Part shown: piece after piece, positions 9,752 through 17,238 of the stretch
Position numbering within the stretch: the first letter of the stretch is position 1
How the letters are laid out: every line of letters begins with the position of its first letter
DNA from: Candidatus Poseidoniaceae archaeon
Lineage (GTDB): Archaea > Thermoplasmatota > Poseidoniia > Poseidoniales > Poseidoniaceae
Direction: 5' to 3'
DNA length: 40,694 nt
Assembly: GCA_949538025.1 (NCBI GenBank)
Contig: CATISI010000190.1
Location: forward strand, 1 to 40,694
The notes under the pieces: model-generated
The model's database searches: none
Told to the model about the DNA's origin: nothing
The model's input: only the letters and a program-made list of their open reading frames with translations
Position numbers and translations under genes: made by a program

Positions 9752-10450
9752 TCATAGAATTGGGATTCCTCCATCATCGTCGTCATCGTCGTCATCGTCT
9801 GCAAGGTCGATGGCAATGTCGCCGCTCAGGGGAATGGTATCGTCACCATCGTCCGATGGTGGAAGTGCTGCGAGGGCATCCTCAGGAGGAATTAATCGCA
9901 AGGTAATGTCGAGGATACCATTGTTGAGCGTAAAGTCAACAACGTCCTCACAAGCATGTGGAAGTTCAATGCGTGCAATGGGTGCAAGTTGTGTGGTTCG
10001 ATGAACTTCAACGAGCATACCTCCGTCGATAAGATTCAATTCGACTTGATCTTGTTCGAGTTCTTTCTTTGCGAAGTCAACGGTGATGGTCATGTTCCAT
10101 CCTTCAAGGTAGACATCGTCTGCTGGTAACACCATGTCGTCTTGCTCGTTACCCTCAGGCGTTTCAATTTCGACAGGGGAAGCATCGACACGAACGTCAA
10201 CTCCCATATTCTTGAATAACTCATTGAAATCCATACCAGGCTGGAAGAAATTCTGGAGGTTGCTCAAGTCGAAATTGAAGTTCACATCACCCTTAGCAAT
10301 GCGCTCTTCATCGATACCCATCTTCTCGAATTGGGAGCGGAATTGTTGGAGGAGGGAGCGCAACTGCTCTCTGGACATGTTCATGCCCATGTTGGAGAGA
10401 AGGCGTTCGAGTTGATCCAACATCTTCTCTTCCCAATCGTCGCCTGCCAT
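9752..10450 (-). CDS. Acidic alpha-crystallin (Hsp20/ACD)-like protein with a poly-Asp tail. It is not GrpE.
   Basis: The C-terminal half [40 protein letters not shown]...[28 protein letters not shown] follows the sHsp ACD pattern (DVYE...VDLPG...V...L.I...R...LP...A...NGVL.I.L). The tail is [15 protein letters not shown], which contains an IXI-type motif. ATG at 10450 is preceded by GGTGGA 7 nt upstream, and the track ORF starts at GTG 10462. Confidence 0.5.
   Translation of the reverse strand: MAGDDWEEKMLDQLERLLSNMGMNMSREQLRSLLQQFRSQFEKMGIDEERIAKGDVNFNFDLSNLQNFFQPGMDFNELFKNMGVDVRVDASPVEIETPEGNEQDDMVLPADDVYLEGWNMTITVDFAKKELEQDQVELNLIDGGMLVEVHRTTQLAPIARIELPHACEDVVDFTLNNGILDITLRLIPPEDALAALPPSDDGDDTIPLSGDIAIDLADDDDDDDDDGGIPIL
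9773..9799 (-). repeat. GAY x9 tract encoding nine consecutive Asp residues
   Basis: The plus strand reads atcatcgtcgtcatcgtcgtcatcgtc. This is coding low complexity inside the ACD-like gene. Confidence 0.9.
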
Positions 10451-10557
10451 CGATTCCACCACTACTTAACCTTAGGTTACATAGTGCGGAGTGCGGTGTG
10501 GTATATGAACCTGACTTCCCATGTATCGCAAATATCACTCGGAGTGTATGTGCTGGC

Positions 10558-10567
10558 TATAATTTTA
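10558..10567. promoter_or_regulatory. AT-rich TATA-like element in a divergent intergenic region
   Basis: TATAATTTTA is centred about 22 nt upstream of the GTG start at 10584. It lies in the 133-nt divergent spacer shared with the ACD-like/dnaK gene string. Confidence 0.25.
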
Positions 10568-10583
10568 TCAAGCACATAACAAA

Positions 10584-11828
10584 GTGGTAACTGTGCAGAA
10601 CGACGAGGATGTCACGAGACAAAGGCCGGTCAAGCCAGAATCAGTCGTCATCAACATTCAACAAAATGAAAATCTTCTCTCTGATGCACCAGCCAAAAGT
10701 CCAGCCAATGTTCTCGGCATCCAACAAATTTCTGAGTCAAGGCCAGAACAAACCAAAAGAATACAATATGCATCTGTTGTTCTTTTCGTTTCTATGTTTT
10801 TTAACTGGGGGTATCAGTACTGGCTGAAATGGACGATTGATTGGCCTGAAAATGGGGATGGTGCGGGATGGGATGATGGATTCCATACCAATCTTCGGAA
10901 TTATATTGTGCATGGGGATTTCGCATCAGAGGGCGGGATTGGGTTTGTTGAAGTGTTGAATTTCTTCTATCGGTTTCAGATTTGGGGCGATGTTGCAGAC
11001 TTGGCGGGGACGATCTTTGTTTTGTTCATGATGCGTGAATTGATGCCGTTCGTATTAATTGGAACGATTGTGTTTTGTTGGTCTAATCGAGAAAGAGAGG
11101 AGGAGTTCTTCCGCAAAGTAACAATGTTTTGGGTAGGATACTTCACCATCATGACGTTTCAGCTTTCTCTTATTGCTGTCGAGTTTTCTGAACACGATTA
11201 TTGGGAATTCAATGTTCTCTTCGATTGTTTTGGTTTTTGGGTAGCGGGATTTGCAGGATTGCTTCTTGATCCAAAACTCATTCGTATTCCTGAAAACATT
11301 GGTTTCCACAAGGAGACATTTACTCCGCACCTCAATCAATCAGAATGGGTACAGAACTCGCATGGAATTACAAATGCGCCAAATCGGGATATCAACTACC
11401 TCGGGTTTGCTATGCTCTATCTTCCTTTACTCTACCACCTGATCACCGTCATTGCAGTGATTGATGGAGCTAATGACGATGCACTATTTTTGGGCACAGT
11501 GATACCAATTGTTGGTCTCCTCGTTGGAATTGGTGTGTATCGCCTTGAATTTTTGAAAGGTTTTGCACTACACCTCGGCTATTCAATTGGTTACGGCTTC
11601 ATGATGTATTTCTTGACGATCATCGGATTGTTGGCGTTGGCGATTGAACTCTTGGAGGAAGGAATCATTCTCGTCCTCATCGTGGTTGCTGTTATCATGC
11701 CAATAAGGTATCATCTGAAAAGTAACCACATTCGGGCGCTTGGGGCAACCTACACAGTACCGCTCACGATATGGATTATGTTTATTGGATTGATGATTGG
11801 TTGGCTACAGGTCGATGGTTGGTTGTAA
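10584..11828 (+). CDS. Hypothetical polytopic membrane protein (414 aa)
   Basis: A long ORF with a hydrophilic N-terminus of about 65 aa, followed by at least 8 hydrophobic helices (for example VVLFVSMFFNWGY, LMPFVLIGTIVFCW, IIGLLALAIELL). No family motif was recognised. The start is GTG. Confidence 0.6.
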   Translation: MVTVQNDEDVTRQRPVKPESVVINIQQNENLLSDAPAKSPANVLGIQQISESRPEQTKRIQYASVVLFVSMFFNWGYQYWLKWTIDWPENGDGAGWDDGFHTNLRNYIVHGDFASEGGIGFVEVLNFFYRFQIWGDVADLAGTIFVLFMMRELMPFVLIGTIVFCWSNREREEEFFRKVTMFWVGYFTIMTFQLSLIAVEFSEHDYWEFNVLFDCFGFWVAGFAGLLLDPKLIRIPENIGFHKETFTPHLNQSEWVQNSHGITNAPNRDINYLGFAMLYLPLLYHLITVIAVIDGANDDALFLGTVIPIVGLLVGIGVYRLEFLKGFALHLGYSIGYGFMMYFLTIIGLLALAIELLEEGIILVLIVVAVIMPIRYHLKSNHIRALGATYTVPLTIWIMFIGLMIGWLQVDGWL

Positions 11829-11882
11829 AGTTTAGACTGTGGTGATGCGAAGGACTGTCTGCCAATCAATGGAGTCGAGGCA

Positions 11883-12350
11883 ATGAGCAATGAGTCAACC
11901 AATGAAGCAGATCGAACTGCTTTAGCGGTACGTGAGAAGGTGCTCTCTAACATGCGTAAAGATGGGTTGCAATTAAGCGAGGATGGTTCAAGTTGGGTTC
12001 CAATTGAGAAAGAAAACAACACGAAGCAAATCAATCTACCAAATGCGGAGGATCAAATCGGGTCCTTGGATGTACTTGTGCCACTATCGATTATCACTGC
12101 TTTCTTTTCATTGTTAGCTGGGTTCGACGGGACAAGTGAGTTGCCTTTTGCAGCCTGTTGTTTGTTCCTCTCGATAGGATGCCTTGCCATGTTGGCAAAC
12201 AGCGAAGGTAGGGTTGGAGTAACCATTCTAAGAATCGTGGGTATTCTCATCTTCTTTGGTATCGTGTTCACGATCATTCTTGATTCCATGATGAGCGGAG
12301 GAATGGGCGGAATGGGCATAGGAGGTTTGTCAGGTTGGGGCGGGCCATGA
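11883..12350 (+). CDS. Hypothetical small membrane protein with a Gly/Met-rich C-terminus
   Basis: 155 aa with a soluble N-terminal half, about 3 TM helices and the tail MMSGGMGGMGIGGLSGWGGP. It starts with ATG, 54 nt after the preceding membrane-protein gene on the same strand. Confidence 0.5.
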   Translation: MSNESTNEADRTALAVREKVLSNMRKDGLQLSEDGSSWVPIEKENNTKQINLPNAEDQIGSLDVLVPLSIITAFFSLLAGFDGTSELPFAACCLFLSIGCLAMLANSEGRVGVTILRIVGILIFFGIVFTIILDSMMSGGMGGMGIGGLSGWGGP

Positions 12351-12401
12351 TTGGTATGGTTAGTATACAAATCGATGAATGCAGGGAACTACATACTAAT
12401 T

Positions 12402-12920
12402 CTACGATGAAGCAGGAATTGAGGAGTGATGAAGGACAATACGAAGATTGCTTAAGCCATCGCGAATGTATCCAAAGGTATACTCGACTTTTGTTTCAGC
12501 CCCATCCTTGTCTGTGAAGAAATAGTTGCCCATAGCGATAGCATTCAATTTGTTGATGATGATGCCCGAATTCTCAAACCGTACTGCTGTCCAGCCTTTA
12601 ATTGCAAATCCGTTATCCTCTTCACAAACGCCGTTTGAAGCTACAAAATAGGACAAAGCGCTCTCAAACGTTGGGCGGAATTGATCAATTGAAGCCATTG
12701 TCGGTTTGAAGAGGACTTCACTAAGGTCGTACGCATACAATTGTTCAACATGTTGGGTGGCAATGTCCACGTAATCGCCTCCGTTATTGTGAGCAGTTGC
12801 GATTTTTACGATTCCATCTCCCCACGCACGTTGAGCATCTTCCACATCTGCAATCGTAATCAAAAAAACACCTGATTCGAAACGTGAAAAAGGCAATACA
12901 AAGTCTTTCTCGGTTACCAT
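12402..12920 (-). CDS. NTF2-like (SnoaL/DUF4440-like) superfamily protein
   Basis: The pattern AQRAWGDGIVKI...LFKPTMA...FRPTFESALSYFV...TAVRFENSG...GNYFFTDKDG is typical of NTF2-fold proteins of unknown function. Function is not assignable. I prefer ATG at 12920 (MVTEKDF) because the longer ORF from 12998 would overlap the upstream gene by 59 nt. Confidence 0.45.
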   Translation of the reverse strand: MVTEKDFVLPFSRFESGVFLITIADVEDAQRAWGDGIVKIATAHNNGGDYVDIATQHVEQLYAYDLSEVLFKPTMASIDQFRPTFESALSYFVASNGVCEEDNGFAIKGWTAVRFENSGIIINKLNAIAMGNYFFTDKDGAETKVEYTFGYIRDGLSNLRIVLHHSSIPASS

Positions 12921-12939
12921 CAACCAGATGGTGTGAGAA

Positions 12940-13677
12940 TTATTCGGTGTATCGGAGAGCAACAACGTGTTCGATGTTGAGATCGTCTTGTCCTTCATGA
13001 ATCGTCATCTCGATTTCATGCATGTCAACAGGGGCAAAATGAAGCGTATTCCACGTGACACTACCTCCATTTTCGACAACCTCACGATTGCCCATGCATT
13101 GATCATCAACGTTGATCACAGCCCACTCAACATCAACATCACGTCCATTGAATTCAATGATTGGAGAGGGATTGGAAACGGTGGAATTTAGGATTAGATA
13201 GGAGGGCGGAGTTCCATCATTTCCGGGGTTTGCATCAAAGAAGAGGGATTGGGGATTACCAGTTCCTTCCTCTGTCCATCGAACAATCTGCTCGACGATG
13301 ATTGTCTTGGAGGACGTTAGATTGTTGCCCTTTGAATCAATAGCGTACAACTCAATGTCATACATCCCATGATGATCGAAATCGAGGGAGATGGTCGTCT
13401 CTTCGGTTGCGTCAATACTGAACGAACGACCATCATCCGTGACGAGTCCGAAGGTTAGGATTGATTCCACTGAGGTTGAACCTGAGAAGTCGAAATCGAT
13501 TGTTTCTATTGAGGACGAAGCTAGTTCCCCTTGCTCATAGATTGTTTCAATCGTTATGCGTTCGTTGCTCAGTCCCACATTCAATACAGTCTCAATGTTC
13601 TCATTTAGAACGGAACCAAGACATCCTGATAGGAAGAGAAGGCAGACCATTCCCGAGAAGAGAACAGACCTTCGCAT
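12940..13677 (-). CDS. Secreted lipoprotein with an Ig/PKD-like beta domain, hypothetical
   Basis: The N-terminus MRRSVLFSGMVCLLFLSGCLGS is a signal peptide with a lipobox-like LSGC. The beta-rich body includes HHGMYDIELYAIDSKGN. Confidence 0.55.
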   Translation of the reverse strand: MRRSVLFSGMVCLLFLSGCLGSVLNENIETVLNVGLSNERITIETIYEQGELASSSIETIDFDFSGSTSVESILTFGLVTDDGRSFSIDATEETTISLDFDHHGMYDIELYAIDSKGNNLTSSKTIIVEQIVRWTEEGTGNPQSLFFDANPGNDGTPPSYLILNSTVSNPSPIIEFNGRDVDVEWAVINVDDQCMGNREVVENGGSVTWNTLHFAPVDMHEIEMTIHEGQDDLNIEHVVALRYTE

Positions 13678-13686
13678 GCCATCACA

Positions 13687-15186
13687 TCAGTTGTTCCAGT
13701 TGGTAATCAAGTGGTACATGGTGCGGACGTGAATACCTGTTGCACCGTTGCCAACCATCGTGTTGGTCTTGGCACCCCAGTAAGTTCCTGCGATGTCCAT
13801 GTGAGCCCATGTGATTTGCTCTCCGTCTTCATCGTAATTTCGATTTGGAACGAATTGCTTGAGGAACGCTGCTGCGGTGTTGGCACCGCCCCATCGACCT
13901 GCACCAAGGTTGCGTGTATCAGCAATCTTCGAATCGGTCATTTCCTTTTCGAAGGCAGGTAGAAGAGGCATTGGCCAAGCAAGTTCGTCAACAGCATTTC
14001 CTGCTTCGTGAATCTTGGTTCGGAAGTCATCATCGTTGGACCACAATCCTGTTGCTTCGTGACCGAGAGCGACAACGCAAGCGCCGGTGAGGGTAGCAAA
14101 GTCAATGATGAATTCAGGATCGAATTCACCAGCCTTCCACAATCCATCGGAGAGAACCAGTCGACCCTCAGCGTCGGTGTTGAGGACTTCAATGGTCTTG
14201 CCAGAGAGGGTTGTGATGACGTCACCTGGGCGTTGTGCATTGGCTGCAGGCATGTTTTCAGCCATGCAAGTAATCGCAACCACTTTGCCATCGTACCCAG
14301 TGGATGCGAGCGCTTGCATGGTTCCAAAGACTGTTGCGGATCCACCCATGTCGTACTTCATTTCGTCCATGTTGGCACCTGGTTTGAGCGAGATGCCACC
14401 CGTATCGAACGTAATTCCTTTTCCTACGAGAAGAGGACAGCGACCTGGCTTTTCCTTGTTCATTTCGAAGATGACCATGCATGGTTTTCGGGATGAACCC
14501 ATTCCGACGGCGACGAGACCACCCATGCCTGCTTTCATGGCGTGTTCGTAGTTGATGATGGTTACATCGACGTTATCGTATTGCTTGGCCCATTCCCAGG
14601 CCATATCTGAGAATGCTTCAGGGTACATGTCGTTTGGTGGACAGTTACCGAGATCTCGAGAGAGATGGACGCCGGATGCGACACCACTGTGGATGTTGAC
14701 TAAGGCCAGAAGATCTTCTTCTTGGCCCTCGTCACAAGTGATGCGTACGCTGCGTTCAGCTTCCTTGTCTTCCTCCTTCTGCATCTTGTATTCATCATAG
14801 GAGTAATCACGAAGCAGCATTCCTTCTGCGAACGCTCCCATGCATTCGATGCTAGCACCAGCGAAACGAACGGTGAGATCGGTTCCGTGGGTCTTCTTTC
14901 GAGCAGCGACAACAGCAGCACCGGCCTTTCGGTAGGTGTGGGCATCAGCATCGTCCTCTTTTCCAAGACCGACGAGCATGGCTTTTCCACCTTCGCTTCC
15001 AACGAGGGACATTGTGGACTTTGGCTTGCCCTTGAAATCGCCATCGGCGAGGACACGGTTGATTTGTGCTTTCAGTGCAACGTGCATACCTGTTGCATGG
15101 GCTTCTGGCACGATGCCTGTTCCTTCGAACAAAGGAAGAATGAGCGTTCCATCGATGTTGTGACTTGAGCTTACGTTAATTTGCAT
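13687..15186 (-). CDS. pepA: Leucyl aminopeptidase (M17 family)
   Basis: NTDAEGRLVLSD is the M17 signature. VGKGITFDTGGISLKP and MKYDMGGSA are also present. ATG at 15186 (MQINV) is preceded by GGTGA, and the track ORF starts at TTG 15207. Confidence 0.92.
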   Translation of the reverse strand: MQINVSSSHNIDGTLILPLFEGTGIVPEAHATGMHVALKAQINRVLADGDFKGKPKSTMSLVGSEGGKAMLVGLGKEDDADAHTYRKAGAAVVAARKKTHGTDLTVRFAGASIECMGAFAEGMLLRDYSYDEYKMQKEEDKEAERSVRITCDEGQEEDLLALVNIHSGVASGVHLSRDLGNCPPNDMYPEAFSDMAWEWAKQYDNVDVTIINYEHAMKAGMGGLVAVGMGSSRKPCMVIFEMNKEKPGRCPLLVGKGITFDTGGISLKPGANMDEMKYDMGGSATVFGTMQALASTGYDGKVVAITCMAENMPAANAQRPGDVITTLSGKTIEVLNTDAEGRLVLSDGLWKAGEFDPEFIIDFATLTGACVVALGHEATGLWSNDDDFRTKIHEAGNAVDELAWPMPLLPAFEKEMTDSKIADTRNLGAGRWGGANTAAAFLKQFVPNRNYDEDGEQITWAHMDIAGTYWGAKTNTMVGNGATGIHVRTMYHLITNWNN

Positions 15187-15249
15187 GGTTTCACCGTTAT
15201 CACCCAACCCCTTGAGGCACTTGAAACCTTGCGAATGATTTTCAGCGAT

Positions 15250-16620
15250 TTAATCCGATTCTTCGTCATCATTTCGAAGAAGCGAGATGACTGCCAGTCC
15301 CGCAAGAATCGTTGTTGGACTGAACAGTCCGTAACCAACAAGGAAGCTTGAATCTTCGTCATCCGGGAGCACCGTTGCATTGATTTCGAGGGGCTCTGTC
15401 ACCCACTTAGCAGCATCAATCACGCGCTTTTGGTAGTACAATTGCCACGACCCGTCCTTGGAGTAGGAGAGGTTTGAAGCATCAAGAACGGCGACCGTGG
15501 AGTTTGTTGCGTTGACAGTAAACAGGGATGATGTCCATGAGACTTGTCCTGTCGAATCGACATACTGTAGGGTTGCGTTGCTTGTCGACGCCCGCCCGAG
15601 GTTGGAGATGTCGAGCATGACTTCTTCATCGGACACTTGAATTGATTGAACATCAAGGCGAGCACGCCAATACCACACATTGGTGATCAGATATCGCATG
15701 ACATCCAACTCTTCATCGAGACGCTCGTTGAGTGCCTCGACCGAGCCTGGGACAAACTGTTCATCGTCAGTCTCGAAAGTGAAGGTTGGGATCCCCATCA
15801 CACCGTATCCGTAATCTCTGCTTGTACCACAATTTGGATACAGTCCCTGGTTAGCGTTTTGCATAGGTATGTCTGAAATGTTGGCATTGACATCGTCCCG
15901 AATCCCGTGGAACAATTCCCAATCGGACGGTTGATCTGCCCACTTCCCCCAAGGGTAGAGAATGATCCAGACACCAGTGTGCATTGTGACATAGAGGTCA
16001 GCGTCCGTGACGTAGGTGTTCATGTATTCTGCGTTCGCTGCGGTTTCTGCCTCACTGAAGGCAGAACTGCCGGGCTGGGTTGTGGGACACGTGTTCCAAT
16101 AGTGATCGTAGTTTCGATTCAAATCGACCTGGTTTATGTTCCACCGTGTATCGAAGTCGTTACCATCGGGATTGAGCATAATCAGGATATGAAGTTCAGT
16201 AGTCTGGAGTACATCAATCACCTCTTGATTACCTTCGGACCAACCCTCGATGTAGAATTGTGCTGATAACCAAGCAAGCGCCGTTCCCAGATACTCGTTA
16301 CCGTGATGCCCTCCATCAATGTAGACGATTTCCTTTGCTTTCCCATTGGCTTTGGTCTCCATCGACCAGTCTGAGATTTGAAGGACCCAGAGAGTTTTAC
16401 CAAGTTCGGAGTCCCCCGCATCGATTAATTTAACGATGTCAGGATGGTTGTCTGCCCAGTCATTCACTTCCATGGTCAGTGCAGCCCACGTCATGTGAAG
16501 GTGGTTGTCAATTGGTTCACCTGGCCACGCTTCATCGGCATCAGAAGAAGCAGTTGCAACAGGTGGAAAGCCTGCCAGGAGCAGGCACAAAACCAACCCA
16601 ACAGCGACCCGCATGGTCAT
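15250..16620 (-). CDS. M14-family zinc carboxypeptidase, secreted and membrane-anchored
   Basis: The signal peptide is MTMRVAVGLVLCLLLAGFPPVATASS. Zinc ligands lie in IDGGHHGNEYLG (HxxE) and VTMHTG. A C-terminal hydrophobic anchor GLFSPTTILAGLAVISLL is followed by an acidic tail. Confidence 0.8.
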   Translation of the reverse strand: MTMRVAVGLVLCLLLAGFPPVATASSDADEAWPGEPIDNHLHMTWAALTMEVNDWADNHPDIVKLIDAGDSELGKTLWVLQISDWSMETKANGKAKEIVYIDGGHHGNEYLGTALAWLSAQFYIEGWSEGNQEVIDVLQTTELHILIMLNPDGNDFDTRWNINQVDLNRNYDHYWNTCPTTQPGSSAFSEAETAANAEYMNTYVTDADLYVTMHTGVWIILYPWGKWADQPSDWELFHGIRDDVNANISDIPMQNANQGLYPNCGTSRDYGYGVMGIPTFTFETDDEQFVPGSVEALNERLDEELDVMRYLITNVWYWRARLDVQSIQVSDEEVMLDISNLGRASTSNATLQYVDSTGQVSWTSSLFTVNATNSTVAVLDASNLSYSKDGSWQLYYQKRVIDAAKWVTEPLEINATVLPDDEDSSFLVGYGLFSPTTILAGLAVISLLRNDDEESD

Positions 16621-16659
16621 GCCTTGCTTCGGTGAATGAAAAACGCTTGCTACGCATCT

Positions 16660-17079
16660 TCACCAATCGCTGGTGAACGCATTTGGATTCTGAACCTTTT
16701 CGGATTCTCGGGTCCAGATGGATTGTCCATCAGTACCATAGATGTCCGCAAAAGGGTCGATCTCCTCTGGTTTGCGCTGTCGCTGCATGTAGGATTCGAC
16801 ACGCTCCTTAAGATCGGGCTTGAATTTCCAGTAGTGAATACGCCATTCTCGACCATCCCATAGAGTGGTCTCTTCAGATTCAGTGGTCAACAAATCGTAA
16901 TCTTGGAACATGTAAAACAAGTTGCGATCGGTTGGTTCAAGCGCATTGTCAATGATACGGTTGTAAAATCCGAAAAACCCGAGAGCGTGTTCAGCCATGC
17001 CAGCTGCGACTTCGGCATCCATTTCTGTATCAATATGCTGTTGAATTGCTTGCGTCAACGATTGTAGTGTCATCCCCAT
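16660..17079 (-). CDS. Hypothetical protein (139 aa)
   Basis: The ATG start is preceded by GGGGTGAT. The protein is soluble and rich in Trp/Tyr/Phe (WDGREWRIHYWKFKPD). No family was recognised. Confidence 0.5.
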   Translation of the reverse strand: MGMTLQSLTQAIQQHIDTEMDAEVAAGMAEHALGFFGFYNRIIDNALEPTDRNLFYMFQDYDLLTTESEETTLWDGREWRIHYWKFKPDLKERVESYMQRQRKPEEIDPFADIYGTDGQSIWTRESEKVQNPNAFTSDW

Positions 17080-17134
17080 CTCTCATCACCCCGCCCCGGT
17101 TTTCCCCCGAGAACACTATTGTATATTGGTCGTT

Positions 17135-17152
17135 GATGTATATTAATACATC
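17135..17152. promoter_or_regulatory. Perfect 7-4-7 inverted repeat overlapping a TATA-like sequence in a divergent promoter region
   Basis: GATGTAT-ATTA-ATACATC lies in the 159-nt spacer between the 139-aa gene (minus strand) and speB (plus strand). Confidence 0.35.
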
Positions 17153-17238
17153 GGCCCATTTTCATGTAATCACGACTTCGACGAGGATTTGGACTTGATT
17201 TTGGCAATCCTTAGAAGCATGGATAGGCCGCCGCAATC

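Noticed and set aside
9773-9799. Short tandem GTC/ATC repeat that might look like a microsatellite or repeat array
   Set aside because: It is in frame and encodes Asp x9 in the ACD-like protein. There is no spacer/repeat organisation, so it is not CRISPR-like.
9752-10462. Possibility that the gene upstream of dnaK is grpE
   Set aside because: I can find no GrpE-like coiled-coil/four-helix region or C-terminal beta domain motifs. The C-terminal half fits an alpha-crystallin pattern instead, so I call it ACD-like. A profile search is still needed.
12921-12998. Longer start for the NTF2-like gene, and similar long-ORF starts at 29956, 28272, 33500 and 19596
   Set aside because: Each would create a coding overlap of 50-90 nt with the neighbouring gene, or would use a non-ATG codon upstream of a well-placed ATG. 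Internal ATG starts were preferred, but this remains unverified.
10584-13677. Possible horizontally acquired AT-rich island
   Set aside because: The lower GC is only an impression by eye. The genes encode membrane proteins, which are rich in Phe/Ile/Leu codons. No integrase, direct repeats or tRNA flank the block. It is reported only as an uncharacterised gene block.
354-17079. Two unrelated hypothetical proteins (354-650 and 16660-17079) both end in Asp-Trp (..IIVDW, ..FTSDW), which hints at a shared C-terminal recognition motif
   Set aside because: A two-residue coincidence in two proteins is not statistically meaningful. I know of no DW-terminal recognition system.
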